A stretch of 64,000 nucleotides of DNA from a bacterium. GTDB taxonomy: Bacteria > UBA8248. The DNA lies in the NCBI GenBank assembly GCA_965219955.1, contig OZ244799.1, positions 2,112,001 to 2,176,000 on the forward strand, given 5' to 3'. Positions 31,111 to 40,599 of this stretch are shown piece by piece. How positions within the stretch are numbered: the first letter of the stretch is position 1; every line of letters begins with the position of its first letter. Both the position numbers and the translations under genes were made by a program. Under the pieces are notes generated by a model that saw only the letters and a list, made by a program, of their open reading frames with translations, did not search any database and was not told the DNA's origin.

Positions 31111-31271
31111 ACTCTCATACCTCCAGAAGGTTCGGATTATGGAAGCGACGGCGTCGCTTTCCGCTCTATGATGACAAACGCCATTTGCCCAGAAACAAAA
31201 GAAGCCCTATGTTAGTTTGCACGAGAAATCATGTAAAGCAGCCCCCGTTCGAAAACCAGGAAGAGGCGGCG

Positions 31272-33554
31272 ATGTCCGAAGCTACGAGAAAATCCTATAC
31301 GATCTGCTCCCCCCACTGCGGGAACAACCCCTGCAGTTTCGAGGTGGAATCGAGCGGCGATAATATCTCCTCGTTCCGGGCGAACCCCAGAATGCGCATC
31401 AAGCCCTGCATCAAGGGGTTCCAGCTGCCGGACAGGTACCATCATCCCGACAGGCTTCTCTACCCGATGAAGCGCGTGGGTGCTAAGGGCTCCGGGCCGG
31501 GCGGCGCGAACCGCTTCGAGCGCATAAGCTGGGACGAGGCGCTCGAACTCGTCGCCGGTGGGCTCGAGGCCGCCAAGGCGAAGGGCGGGAACGAGTCCGT
31601 GATGATGTACCACTACTCCGCCCAGCACACCCTGCCCGGCGGACGCGACGCCGAACCCGCCACCATCATGCGGCTTTTGAACATGTGGGGCGGCGCGGTG
31701 CAGCCCTACATGCGCGGCAGCCTCTGCTGGAAGGCCTTCCTCGGCGCGAGCGAAGACGTGTTCGGCCACTGGCAGGTGAGCAACAAGCCGACCGATGACT
31801 GCGAGTGGATCGTCCTGTGGGGCAACAACCCGGTGGAGACGGGATACCGCGGCCTGCTCCAATCCTTACAGAGCGCCAGGAGAAACGGGACGCGCTTCAT
31901 CGTGGTGGACCCTTTCCGCACGCGGACGGCGGAGCGATTCGGCGAGGTCCACGTGCCGATCCGCCCCTCGACGGACACGGCGCTCGCGCTAGCCGTGCTC
32001 CGCCTCACCCTCGCAGAGGGCGCGCTCGATGAAGCCTTCATGCGCGAGAGGACCAACGCCGCGTTCCTCGTGGACGCGGACACCGCCAGGTTCGTTACGG
32101 ACCCGGGCGGCGCGCCGCTCGTCTGGGATGAAGACTCCGCCTCGGCCAGGCCGTTCGCCGCATGCGCGAAACCGGCCCTGACCGGGACGTATCAGGTGAA
32201 CGGCGTCGGGTGCAGGCCCGCGCTCGATTATCTGAGAGACGCCGCCGAACCCTGGACGCCCGAGCGCGCGGCGCGCGAATGCGGCGTCTCGGCAGAGCAC
32301 GTGCGCGCCATCGCGCGAGCGATGCGGAACGGGAAAGTCATCGTCTATTACGGGTCCTACCAGCGCACCGTGCACGGGGAGCAGGCCGTCCGCGCGCTGC
32401 ACATCCTGAACCTCATGGCGGGCGCCTCGAAAGGCGTTTTGCGCCACGGGGCGCAAGGAGCGGGTTTTGACTCCAAGACGGCGCACGGAACCGGCCTCGC
32501 CGAAGTGATGGCCGACCGCTGGGCCGTCCCCAATCCGGTCAAGCGCACCATCCCGACCGGCCGGATCGGCGAAGCCATCCTGAACCCCGACTCCTACGGC
32601 GGCCCCGTGCACGCCGCGCTCGTGATGTGGGGCAACCCGGTCGGGCAGGCGGGCAACGCGCACAAGACCGAGCGCGCCCTGCGTTCTCTCGATTTCTGCG
32701 CGGTGGCGGACATCTTCATGACGCCGACGGCGAAATGCGCGGACGTCGTTCTCCCCGCCTCCACCTGGCTCGAGCGCTGCGCGGTCACCGGGGGAATGGA
32801 GGTGGGCAGCACCTTCTATCACCTCGCCCGCGAACTCAAGCCCAGGCACACCCTGCTCTATTCGACGGGCGCCATGCCGCCGCGCGGGGAGTCGCTCGAC
32901 GATTTCGAGATCGTCTGCCGCCTGGCCGGGAAGATGGGCTACGGCGCGCACTTCCCGTGGAAATCATCGAGGGAATGGATCGAAGAACTCCTTGCGGCCG
33001 CGCAGGCGGACGCGCGCTTCCCCTGGTTTCAGGACGTGACGATCGAGAAACTCGAAGCCGAAGGCCAGGTCACCCTCGAAATCCCCGACGCCGCGCCGCA
33101 CTGGGATCTCGCCACCCCGCACGGGCGCGCGCAGGTCTATTTCGAGGATATCGAAAAACCGGTTCCCACGCATTTTCCGCCGGAAGAGTATGCGGCCGAC
33201 AACGGGGCGGACTACCCGCTTCAACTCTTGACGCCGAAGACCTATTTCCGCGCGAGTTCGACCTTCAACAACGCGAGAAAGCTCTTGCGCCACGGCTGGA
33301 ACGTCGCCACCCTGAACCCGGCGGACGCCGCCGCGAGGGGCATCGAGAACGGCGACAGCGTGCGTCTTAAAAACGACTATGGAGAATCCGCCTTCGAGGC
33401 CAGGGTGAGCGAGAGCATCCGGCCCGGCGTCGTGCACGTTCCTGCGGGCGGATTGCCCGAGGACGGCGCGGCCAACCAGCTCACCGGCGACGCCTTGTCC
33501 GAATACGAGAACGCCACGTTCAACAGCTACCGCGTGGAGGTGGAGAAAAGCTGA
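31272..33554 (+). CDS. Molybdopterin (DMSO-reductase superfamily) oxidoreductase
   Basis: Cx3Cx4Cx24C N-terminus, DRLLYPMKR, ISWDEA, WGNNP, VDPFRT.TA, ADVVLPA, NPADAAARGI; no Tat signal. Confidence 0.9.
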   Translation: MSEATRKSYTICSPHCGNNPCSFEVESSGDNISSFRANPRMRIKPCIKGFQLPDRYHHPDRLLYPMKRVGAKGSGPGGANRFERISWDEALELVAGGLEAAKAKGGNESVMMYHYSAQHTLPGGRDAEPATIMRLLNMWGGAVQPYMRGSLCWKAFLGASEDVFGHWQVSNKPTDDCEWIVLWGNNPVETGYRGLLQSLQSARRNGTRFIVVDPFRTRTAERFGEVHVPIRPSTDTALALAVLRLTLAEGALDEAFMRERTNAAFLVDADTARFVTDPGGAPLVWDEDSASARPFAACAKPALTGTYQVNGVGCRPALDYLRDAAEPWTPERAARECGVSAEHVRAIARAMRNGKVIVYYGSYQRTVHGEQAVRALHILNLMAGASKGVLRHGAQGAGFDSKTAHGTGLAEVMADRWAVPNPVKRTIPTGRIGEAILNPDSYGGPVHAALVMWGNPVGQAGNAHKTERALRSLDFCAVADIFMTPTAKCADVVLPASTWLERCAVTGGMEVGSTFYHLARELKPRHTLLYSTGAMPPRGESLDDFEIVCRLAGKMGYGAHFPWKSSREWIEELLAAAQADARFPWFQDVTIEKLEAEGQVTLEIPDAAPHWDLATPHGRAQVYFEDIEKPVPTHFPPEEYAADNGADYPLQLLTPKTYFRASSTFNNARKLLRHGWNVATLNPADAAARGIENGDSVRLKNDYGESAFEARVSESIRPGVVHVPAGGLPEDGAANQLTGDALSEYENATFNSYRVEVEKS

Positions 33555-33629
33555 ACGGACGGGCGCGTTTCAATTCGTCTCGCAAGCACCATGTCTTTCC
33601 GCGATGGTTCCTGAAAAATCACGTTTCCC

Positions 33630-33978
33630 GTAGGGGCGGACCTAAGTGTCCGCCCCAATGTATTCGACGCTCAAATTTGCGCGTTGCAATGGTCGACATC
33701 TATGAAAATCGGGCGGACACTTAGGTCCGCCCCTACGAATGAGCAATCGCTCCCTCATCAGCCCGTAGGGACAGGTCGCGACCTGTCCCTACCAACCGCC
33801 TTGTGTCGTCATTCCGGCAATCAATGCCGACCGAGGAGGGAGGGATTGCCGGAATCCAGAGCCGATGAGAGTGCATAACAGGCGGCGGTTCATTGCCTCT
33901 CGCACGGGTCAGGCATAACGGCAAAAAATGAAGGGCGAAAGACAAATTCCCTGGATTCCGGCATTCGCCGGAATGACG
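33630..33978. repeat. REP cluster 7 (REPIN-like doublet, palindrome and CGTC pair; no clear TIR)
   Basis: GTAGGGGCGGACCTAAGTGTCCGCCC ... GGGCGGACACTTAGGTCCGCCCCTAC (33630-33736); 28-bp palindrome at 33765-33792; CGTCATTCCGGC / GCCGGAATGACG pair. Confidence 0.85.
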
Positions 33979-34002
33979 GGCAAGAAGATACCCAAGATAT
34001 CC

Positions 34003-34827
34003 CTACCTCCACTCCCACCCCTTGTGCTTGAGGAGCACCACCTCGGTGGGGCGCGGCAGCGTCCGGCGGCTGAAGACGTAGGTGTCGCTTTCGAGTCTCT
34101 TGACGCGCCTGAAAGCGCCGAGAAATACGTTCAGCTCCTCGAGCGAGCGGACGTCCATCGGAACCGCGACGTTGGGGCCCAATCTGTGGACGAAATCCGC
34201 CATGACTCTCGGGTTCATGGCGCCCGGGTCCGAGATGATCGCCAGGGCCACGTGAATCTTCCCCAGCCTTCTCAGCTGCTCGGGGTTCATGGGCGATCCC
34301 AGATCCCCCAGGTGGGCGATGCAGAGTCCGCCCGTCTCGAACAGAAAAGAAGAAGCCTTCGATTCGCCCGCGTCGAAATCATCACTACCCGTGCCCTGCA
34401 CGATGGGCACGTTGCGGATGCGCACGTCCCCTACCCGGTAATCCACCTCGTTCCATCGCTCCCCGTAGCCGAGCACGCCCCGCAAGACGACGGGGTTTCC
34501 ACCCAGCACCTCGACGGAACTGTGGTTCATCGCCGCCTCGCTCGTGGTGGCGACGTGGGGGCTGGTCCTGGGGATGGGATAGCCCCGGTGCGGCGAGAAC
34601 GGATCGGTCACGACCCGGATTCCCTCAGGGGAAATGATGCGGAAAAAAGCGTGGCCGAACCACTGGATGCTGATCCGGCGCGGGGCTTTCGCTACATGGA
34701 CGTAAGATACGGGAACTGCCTTCCTGAAGGGCATGTGGCGCACCAGGCCGGGCGAGCACTTGGCGAACGCGACGGCCGGCGCAGCCAGATGGCAAACGAG
34801 AAAAGCGAGGCAAAGCGCTTTTTTCAT
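34003..34827 (-). CDS. Secreted MBL-fold (beta-lactamase B_3-like) protein with degenerate metal motif
   Basis: Signal peptide; IQWFGHAFFRI, VTDPF, IAHLGDLG, PNVAVPM; HxHxDH replaced by EAAMNH. Confidence 0.8.
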   Translation of the reverse strand: MKKALCLAFLVCHLAAPAVAFAKCSPGLVRHMPFRKAVPVSYVHVAKAPRRISIQWFGHAFFRIISPEGIRVVTDPFSPHRGYPIPRTSPHVATTSEAAMNHSSVEVLGGNPVVLRGVLGYGERWNEVDYRVGDVRIRNVPIVQGTGSDDFDAGESKASSFLFETGGLCIAHLGDLGSPMNPEQLRRLGKIHVALAIISDPGAMNPRVMADFVHRLGPNVAVPMDVRSLEELNVFLGAFRRVKRLESDTYVFSRRTLPRPTEVVLLKHKGWEWR

Positions 34828-34981
34828 CCCTCCTCCCTCCAATCGGCGTTAAATGGATGAGAGAAATACTATCCTTTAATCAAGAGCGTGAGAAGCGATG
34901 CGCCCTCGCCGGGGCGACGGTTCGATAAAGCATAGGCGGCGGACAGGGGGGAGCGCCACAATCCGGGGGTTTCGCTTTGCA

Positions 34982-35070
34982 CGTCATTCCGGCGGTGAGC
35001 AATCGCAACCGGGGATGGCTTTTTCAGCAACTCCACAGGGCTTCCCCCACAAGTTTTTCAAACAGCCCCC
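34982..35070. repeat. Degenerate repeat cluster 8
   Basis: CGTCATTCCGGC unit and two right-TIR-like motifs (TTTTCAGCAACTCC, TTTTTCAAACAGCCCC). Confidence 0.5.
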
Positions 35071-35139
35071 TTTATGACAGGATGAGGCAATTCTCGAACA
35101 TCCGGTTGCCGGCATTCGCTCATACGGAAAGGAATCCCC

Positions 35140-35832
35140 ATGCCCATCATCGATCTGAGTCTCGCCCACTACGACGAAATGGACCCCGTGGCGGCCGCCG
35201 TGGGCAAGATGATGAACGCCGAAACCTCCGTGCGGCGCAAGTTCTTCCCGCCCAAAAAAGAACCCGACGTCGTGTTCGTCGACAGCTGGCTCTCCATATT
35301 CGCCCACGCGGGCACGCACCTCGATTGCCCGCGCCACATTTACCGCTGGGGCAAGACGACGGACGAGGTGCCGCTCGACCGCTTCATGGGGCCGGCGTGT
35401 CTGCTCGATTTCTCATCCAAGGGGGCGGATGAGGCCATCTCCGCCGAGGATTTGGAAGCGCACGCAGGCCTCGTCCAGGAAAACGACATCGTGCTTCTGC
35501 GCACCGATTTCACGGACAAGTTCTGGGGTTCGGACGCTTATTTGAGAAACTCGCCCTTCTTGACCGGCGACGGTGCGCGGTGGCTCGTGGACAAGGAGGT
35601 GAAGGCCGCCGGCTTCGATTTTCTCCAGGAAGAGGAGGTGAAGAAGATTCCCGAGAACGTGCCCGAGAACTACGCCGTCCACCGGACGCTGCTGGGGAAC
35701 GGGATCATCCAGATCGAGCACATGACGAACCTCTCGGCCATACCGCAGGAGCGCTTCCAGGTTATCGCGCTGCCGCTCAAGATGCCGGGGATCGAAGGCT
35801 CCCCCTGCCGGGCCGTCGCCGTCGTGGACTAG
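35140..35832 (+). CDS. Cyclase family (kynurenine formamidase KynB-like) protein
   Basis: HAGTHLDCPRH (HxGTHxDxPxH), VH..LL..GI..IE, ALPLK...EGSPCRAVA. Confidence 0.92.
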   Translation: MPIIDLSLAHYDEMDPVAAAVGKMMNAETSVRRKFFPPKKEPDVVFVDSWLSIFAHAGTHLDCPRHIYRWGKTTDEVPLDRFMGPACLLDFSSKGADEAISAEDLEAHAGLVQENDIVLLRTDFTDKFWGSDAYLRNSPFLTGDGARWLVDKEVKAAGFDFLQEEEVKKIPENVPENYAVHRTLLGNGIIQIEHMTNLSAIPQERFQVIALPLKMPGIEGSPCRAVAVVD

Positions 35833-35870
35833 GTACTCGATTTTTCGGGACCTGGAAACGAAACTCTCGA

Positions 35871-36038
35871 TCAAGTTTGCATCTTTTGTCCAGCGAGAAA
35901 GCCTTCGATAATACCCTCGAGGCGCGATATTCTGGAACCCAGAGATGCTTCGAGGGATGATATACGCCCATCAAGTCTGTATATGTAGGCAAGTATTGCG
36001 ATTCCGAAAAAGGCGATTTCGATCATTTCAACGGTCAT
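35871..36038 (-). CDS. Small TM plus coiled-coil protein (55 aa)
   Basis: AAGGAG RBS; MTVEMIEIAFFGIAILAYIYRLDGRISSLE...RISRLEG; AT-rich upstream region with TATAAT on the - strand near 36110. Confidence 0.6.
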   Translation of the reverse strand: MTVEMIEIAFFGIAILAYIYRLDGRISSLEASLGSRISRLEGIIEGFLAGQKMQT

Positions 36039-36196
36039 TTTCCACGCACTCCTTATGGACTCAGTTTTAGGTTTGGGTCCTCTGGAACGCTCGTACAACA
36101 TAACTTTATTATATTGGAGTTAGAATTTCAAACAGAAGGCTAAACGAAGCCCAGGGAAATCCTCACGCCCACGCTTTTCACCCGATGGAGAAACCG

Positions 36197-36847
36197 ATGG
36201 AAGACGCTCTCGAATTCTTCTCCCGCGCGCCGACGACGGCTATCGCGGACGCCTCGATATTTCTGGGCCTCGACCTCATCATGAAAGACGTCGGCCCGCT
36301 CACGCCCTTCACGGAGGAGCGCGTCGCCGCACCCGCGGCCACCATGCGCTTCGAGCCCGTCCAAGGCGAGGTGAACCCCGCCCGCGTGAGCCTCTACGGG
36401 ACGCACGAGGAGATGGAGCCGGGCAGGTTCGTCGTGCTCGCGACCGAAGCGAGCGACATGGCCGTTCTGGGGGCCAACGGGGCGCGCGTCATCCACCGGC
36501 GGGGCGCGGCGGGCGTCGTCACGGACGGGCGCGCGCGCGACGTTCTGGAAATCAGGGAACTGGGGCTTCCCGTGTGGTGCCGCGGACCAAGGCCCCTGCC
36601 CTACTCGAAGCGCCTCGTCGCGGCGGAGCGCGACGTTCCCGTCACCTGCTGCGGGGTGCGGGTGGCGCCCGGAGACATCGTCGTGGCCGATGCGGACGGC
36701 GTGGCCGTGGTGCCGAAGGATGAAACCGAAAGGGTGCGCGAGCGAACCCGAATCGTCATGGAAATCGAGGAGGAATTCACCCGACGGTTCGACGCGGGCG
36801 AATCGGGAACAGAACTCGTGAAGATGATGCGCAGAAAATGGGAGTGA
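36197..36847 (+). CDS. RraA/HMG-CHA aldolase family protein
   Basis: TTAIADA, GVVTDGRARD, GVRVAPGDIVVADADGVAVVP. Confidence 0.9.
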   Translation: MEDALEFFSRAPTTAIADASIFLGLDLIMKDVGPLTPFTEERVAAPAATMRFEPVQGEVNPARVSLYGTHEEMEPGRFVVLATEASDMAVLGANGARVIHRRGAAGVVTDGRARDVLEIRELGLPVWCRGPRPLPYSKRLVAAERDVPVTCCGVRVAPGDIVVADADGVAVVPKDETERVRERTRIVMEIEEEFTRRFDAGESGTELVKMMRRKWE

Positions 36848-37010
36848 AGATTACCGTGTTCAAACCATTACATTTATTTTGTTCCATCGCGCCCCTGGCC
36901 TTGTTATATTCTCACGACACGCGAGCGCATATTGCGGGCGAACCGCAGGCGCCGAATCGAGCGGAAACCGCACGGTCCCGCCGCAACCATCACGAGGACT
37001 CGAACAGAAA

Positions 37011-37295
37011 ATGAACGACCACAAGCCTTTGGAAGAAGATTTGAAGCTGGTAAGATACAGAAGCAGCTACTGGATCGTGCTCGAACCCGAAGGAATTCCG
37101 CTCGTCGAATTCGCCGCCAGACACCACGATACGCTCGGAGAACCGCTCTACCAGTGGATGAAAATTCATTTATCACGCGAAGCCATCATGCGCTTCCATG
37201 AATCCGGCAAATTCGACTGGGGAAGATTCAAGGACTTCATGGAATCCAAGGGGTGGGACATCAGCCGGAACGAACCCGGCATCATCAACGCCTGA
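37011..37295 (+). CDS. Hypothetical protein (94 aa)
   Basis: GAGGA RBS-like sequence upstream; natural composition; co-oriented with neighbours. Confidence 0.55.
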   Translation: MNDHKPLEEDLKLVRYRSSYWIVLEPEGIPLVEFAARHHDTLGEPLYQWMKIHLSREAIMRFHESGKFDWGRFKDFMESKGWDISRNEPGIINA

Positions 37296-37367
37296 GCAGA
37301 AGCCGCCGAAAGAGAAAATCCATTGCCATACCAGCGCCGCCAGAATTAAGTCCAGGGAGAAATTCGC

Positions 37368-37958
37368 ATGATTAAAGTTTTGTTGACTCTCGCCTTGTTG
37401 TTGCCCGCCCTCACCGCGGAGGCGAGTGAGAACGCATCGTCGCACCACTCCAAATACGCCGGCCAGCAGAGCCGGGAGATCAAGAGCCTCTCGGCGGAAG
37501 ACATCGCCGAGCTCAAGCGCGGCGGCGGCTGGGGGCTGGCCAAGGCGGCGGAGTTGAACGGCGTGCCCGGGCCAATCCATCTTATGGAGATGAAGGACGA
37601 AATCGGTCTCAACGAGAGCCAGCGCTCGGCCATCACCGCCATATACGAGCGAATGAAGAGCCGGGCCATCCATCACGGCGAACGCCTGATCGATCTGGAG
37701 CGGCGACTCGAGAGCGATTTCCGCAACCGCACCATCACCGACGCGCTGCTGCGCGCTTCCTTGAGCGCCATCGCCGAAACGAAAAAGGAACTGCGCTACG
37801 TCCATCTGGCGGCGCACATCGAAACACTCAAAATTCTCGCGGAGAAACAGATCAGAACCTACAATGCGCTCAGGGGCTATACCAGTAATGACCCCTGCGC
37901 CAACGTCCCCAAGGGCCACAACGCGGAAATGTGGCGCAAGCACAACAACTGCGAATGA
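37368..37958 (+). CDS. Periplasmic helical protein (Spy/CpxP/heavy-metal-sensor-like)
   Basis: Signal peptide; YAGQQSREIKSLS...GWGLAKAAELNGVPGP.H, HLAAH, L..KQ...YN.LRGY. Confidence 0.7.
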   Translation: MIKVLLTLALLLPALTAEASENASSHHSKYAGQQSREIKSLSAEDIAELKRGGGWGLAKAAELNGVPGPIHLMEMKDEIGLNESQRSAITAIYERMKSRAIHHGERLIDLERRLESDFRNRTITDALLRASLSAIAETKKELRYVHLAAHIETLKILAEKQIRTYNALRGYTSNDPCANVPKGHNAEMWRKHNNCE

Positions 37959-38407
37959 TGACGAACCAGAGCGAGAGGCTCATCACGCTCAAGAGCAGGC
38001 TGGACGAGCGTGAACTCCACATCCTGAACATCGAACTCGACCGCCGCCGGAAATCGACGGGCGTCACGTTCGCGCTCTGGTTTTTTCTGAGTTGGCTGGG
38101 GCTGCACAAGTTCTATCTCGGCAGAATCGCGACGGGCGTCGTCTACGTCGTCGCCCCGTGGGTCCTGATCCTCGTCTTCATCTTCGGCTTCGTCATGGCG
38201 GAATCGAACCCCGAGGCGGGCGGCGCGACCGCCGTAGTGAGCGGACTCGCCTTGATCGCTTATGGCCTATGGTGGGTCGTGGATCTGTTCACGATCCCGA
38301 GGCAGGTGAACGCCTACAACGAGAACCTGGAACTGGAGATCATCGCCTCTTTGAACGCGAGAAAACAGCGGCCGGGCCTGTCGCCGAACCCCACGCGGCC
38401 GGAATAA
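37955..38407 (+). CDS. TM2 domain membrane protein
   Basis: KSTGVTFALWFFLSWLGLHKFYLG and WWVVDLFTIP motifs. Confidence 0.85.
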   Translation: MMTNQSERLITLKSRLDERELHILNIELDRRRKSTGVTFALWFFLSWLGLHKFYLGRIATGVVYVVAPWVLILVFIFGFVMAESNPEAGGATAVVSGLALIAYGLWWVVDLFTIPRQVNAYNENLELEIIASLNARKQRPGLSPNPTRPE

Positions 38408-38432
38408 GGCCCCCTCGATATTCGTTTTTCGT

Positions 38433-38862
38433 CGTCATTCCGGCGAAAGCCGGAATCCATTTGCGGGTGCGGGTGAATGAACCGCGGCGTTTCATCCCCC
38501 GCTGATAGGGACTGTTGAAAAAGTCTTGTCAGGGGACACTGTCTTTAACTGGAAGGCCGCTTTCGCGCGAACCCCAGACCTCCCTCTTTGAAAGCAACCC
38601 CCCCTACCCCCCCTTGTCAGGGGTCAAAACCGACCGAAGAGGGAGGTTTTGCAAGACGATGTGTTTCTCGTCAATGGCTTATGCAAACGCTCGTTCATCA
38701 CTCGCGTTTGACCCCTGACAAGGGGGGTAGGGGGGGTTGCTTTTATTCCCTGAGGAGGGAGACATTTTCAACAGCTCCCAAGGGGAGGGAGTGATTTAGA
38801 AACCCGACCGAAAAGCGAGGGGACACTCCCCGCCCTCCTTAAAGGAGTTTTTCAACAACCTC
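38433..38862. mobile_element. TIR-bounded composite repeat cluster 9
   Basis: CGTC palindrome, GGGACTGTTGAAAAAG, inverted AAAGCAACCCCCCCTACCCCCCTTGTCAGGGGTCAAA pair, two right TIRs (38765-38778, 38847-38862). Confidence 0.8.
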
Positions 38863-38961
38863 TCATCGGTCGGGATTGACACCGGGACGCCAGGAATGGG
38901 AGATACATGCGTCCGGACGGCGCGCACCGAGTATCACATGATCGTCATCAAACCCCGGTGG

Positions 38962-40563
38962 TCACTTCCGCGCGTATTTCTTCCCGAGATTCTCCTCCCA
39001 GGTGAGGTAGCCCTCCATCGCGCTGCGCCCGATGTCATAAGGCTTGAGCTGCACGTCTTTGGGCAGTTCATCCAGCCCCTCACGCCCGGTTTCGAGAGGA
39101 AACCCGGCCTCCCGCCAGGCCGCCTTTCCACCTTCGAGATAGCCCGCCCTGCGGTAGCCGAGTCTTTGGAGAGCGAGCGCGCTCAGGGCGGATTTGCGCC
39201 CGTCCTCACAAACGCACATCACCCGCGCTCTCTTGTTCACCGCCCGCTCGGGCGCCTCCTCTTCCAGCCGGCCCCTGGACACCCAGACGGACCCCGGCAG
39301 ATGGCCCCTCTCATAGGAGGAACTCAAATCCACGTCCAGAACCGCGCCGAACCTCTGCCTCCTGGCGCTTGCCTCCCCCGCCGAATAGGCGCGCGCCTGC
39401 GCCCGCGCTTTTTCCAGGAGGAGCACATCGCCCGCCCCCGCCGGACTCTCTCCCGAAGCGGCCTCGCTGGGCTTCTCAAGCGCTCCGCCGGCCTCACACC
39501 ACGCCGCGAGTCCGCCGCGTAGCACGCTCACGTCGAGCCCCATCTGGCGAAGCCAGTAGGCCGCCATGACGCCGCGCGCGTTCTTGTCGCAATAGGCGAC
39601 GATTTTCCCCGTGCGCACCGCGATCACCTCGTCGGTGCGCTGCGCCGCCTGTCCGCCGGGGATGGAAATGGCCCCCGGTATGTGGCCTTCCGAGAACTCG
39701 GGCGCGAGGCGCACGTCGAGCACGTAGAGCGTGCTGGCGCCTGCTTGCGCCTGAAGGGCTCGAAGTTCCTCGACCGAGACGAAGGGAATCCCCTCTTCTT
39801 CGGCCACCTGCGCGCCGAGCACCTCCCCGTGGGCGCGGCTTTGTTCTGAGGGAGCGGGAATCTCGCTCGGTTTCCCCTCATCGAGCTGCAAGCCTTCGAG
39901 CATGATGCCCATGCCGCCGTTTTTGAGAGCGCGCGCGTGCGTGACGCCCAGCCGGTGAAGCGCCTGCGTGCCGATGATGCTGCGGGTGCGGCCGGCGCAG
40001 TTGATGATGAGAGGCGTTTCCCTGTCCTGGTCCAGATCCCACGCGTGGAGGATGAGTTCGCCTCCCGGCAGGCTCCGCCCGGTGGGGACGCAGAAACGCT
40101 CGAACTCCACCTCCGTCCTCGTGTCGAAGATGCGCGGCGGCGTGTCGCTCTCGATCAGGTCGAAAAGTTCCCGGGCCGTGATCTCGGGCACCTCGTTTTC
40201 CACGTGAATCCGCTCGCCGAAGTCCTTGCTCGGCACGTTCGTACCCGAAGCCGTGGGGAAGCCCTCGGCCTCCCATCCGCCCAGGCCGCCCTCGAGCACC
40301 GAGACGTCCGTATAGCCGCACTCTTCGAGAAGCGCCGCGACGAGCTCCGCCCTCGACCCGCCCTCATCCATGCACACAACGGGCGTCGCCTTCACGGGCA
40401 CGAGACGCTCGGCCAGGAATTCCACCGCGCCGCGCGGGGCGTTCGTCGTCATGAAGATCTGCTTTTCGTGAAATTCCATCGGGTCGCGCACGTCGAGCAC
40501 CGCGTGTGCGCTGGAACTTTCCATCAATTCCTTGAGTTCAACCGGCGATATTCTTTTCACCAT
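38962..40563 (-). CDS. Multi-rhodanese-domain sulfurtransferase
   Basis: Four rhodanese repeats (LDVR, L.GG...W); NVPSKDFGE; active-site-like NCAGRTRS in domain 2. Confidence 0.9.
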   Translation of the reverse strand: MVKRISPVELKELMESSSAHAVLDVRDPMEFHEKQIFMTTNAPRGAVEFLAERLVPVKATPVVCMDEGGSRAELVAALLEECGYTDVSVLEGGLGGWEAEGFPTASGTNVPSKDFGERIHVENEVPEITARELFDLIESDTPPRIFDTRTEVEFERFCVPTGRSLPGGELILHAWDLDQDRETPLIINCAGRTRSIIGTQALHRLGVTHARALKNGGMGIMLEGLQLDEGKPSEIPAPSEQSRAHGEVLGAQVAEEEGIPFVSVEELRALQAQAGASTLYVLDVRLAPEFSEGHIPGAISIPGGQAAQRTDEVIAVRTGKIVAYCDKNARGVMAAYWLRQMGLDVSVLRGGLAAWCEAGGALEKPSEAASGESPAGAGDVLLLEKARAQARAYSAGEASARRQRFGAVLDVDLSSSYERGHLPGSVWVSRGRLEEEAPERAVNKRARVMCVCEDGRKSALSALALQRLGYRRAGYLEGGKAAWREAGFPLETGREGLDELPKDVQLKPYDIGRSAMEGYLTWEENLGKKYARK

Positions 40564-40599
40564 GTCTGCGAGTCCTTCCAATGTGTATGAGCCATACGC

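Noticed and set aside
36092-36120. dif/Xer-like site (ACAACATAA-CTTTA-TTATATTGGAGT); similar GAGTCCATAA at about 8138 and about 36055
   Set aside because: The central spacer is 5 bp rather than 6 and the arms are degenerate; a shared 10-mer is expected by chance in 64 kb.
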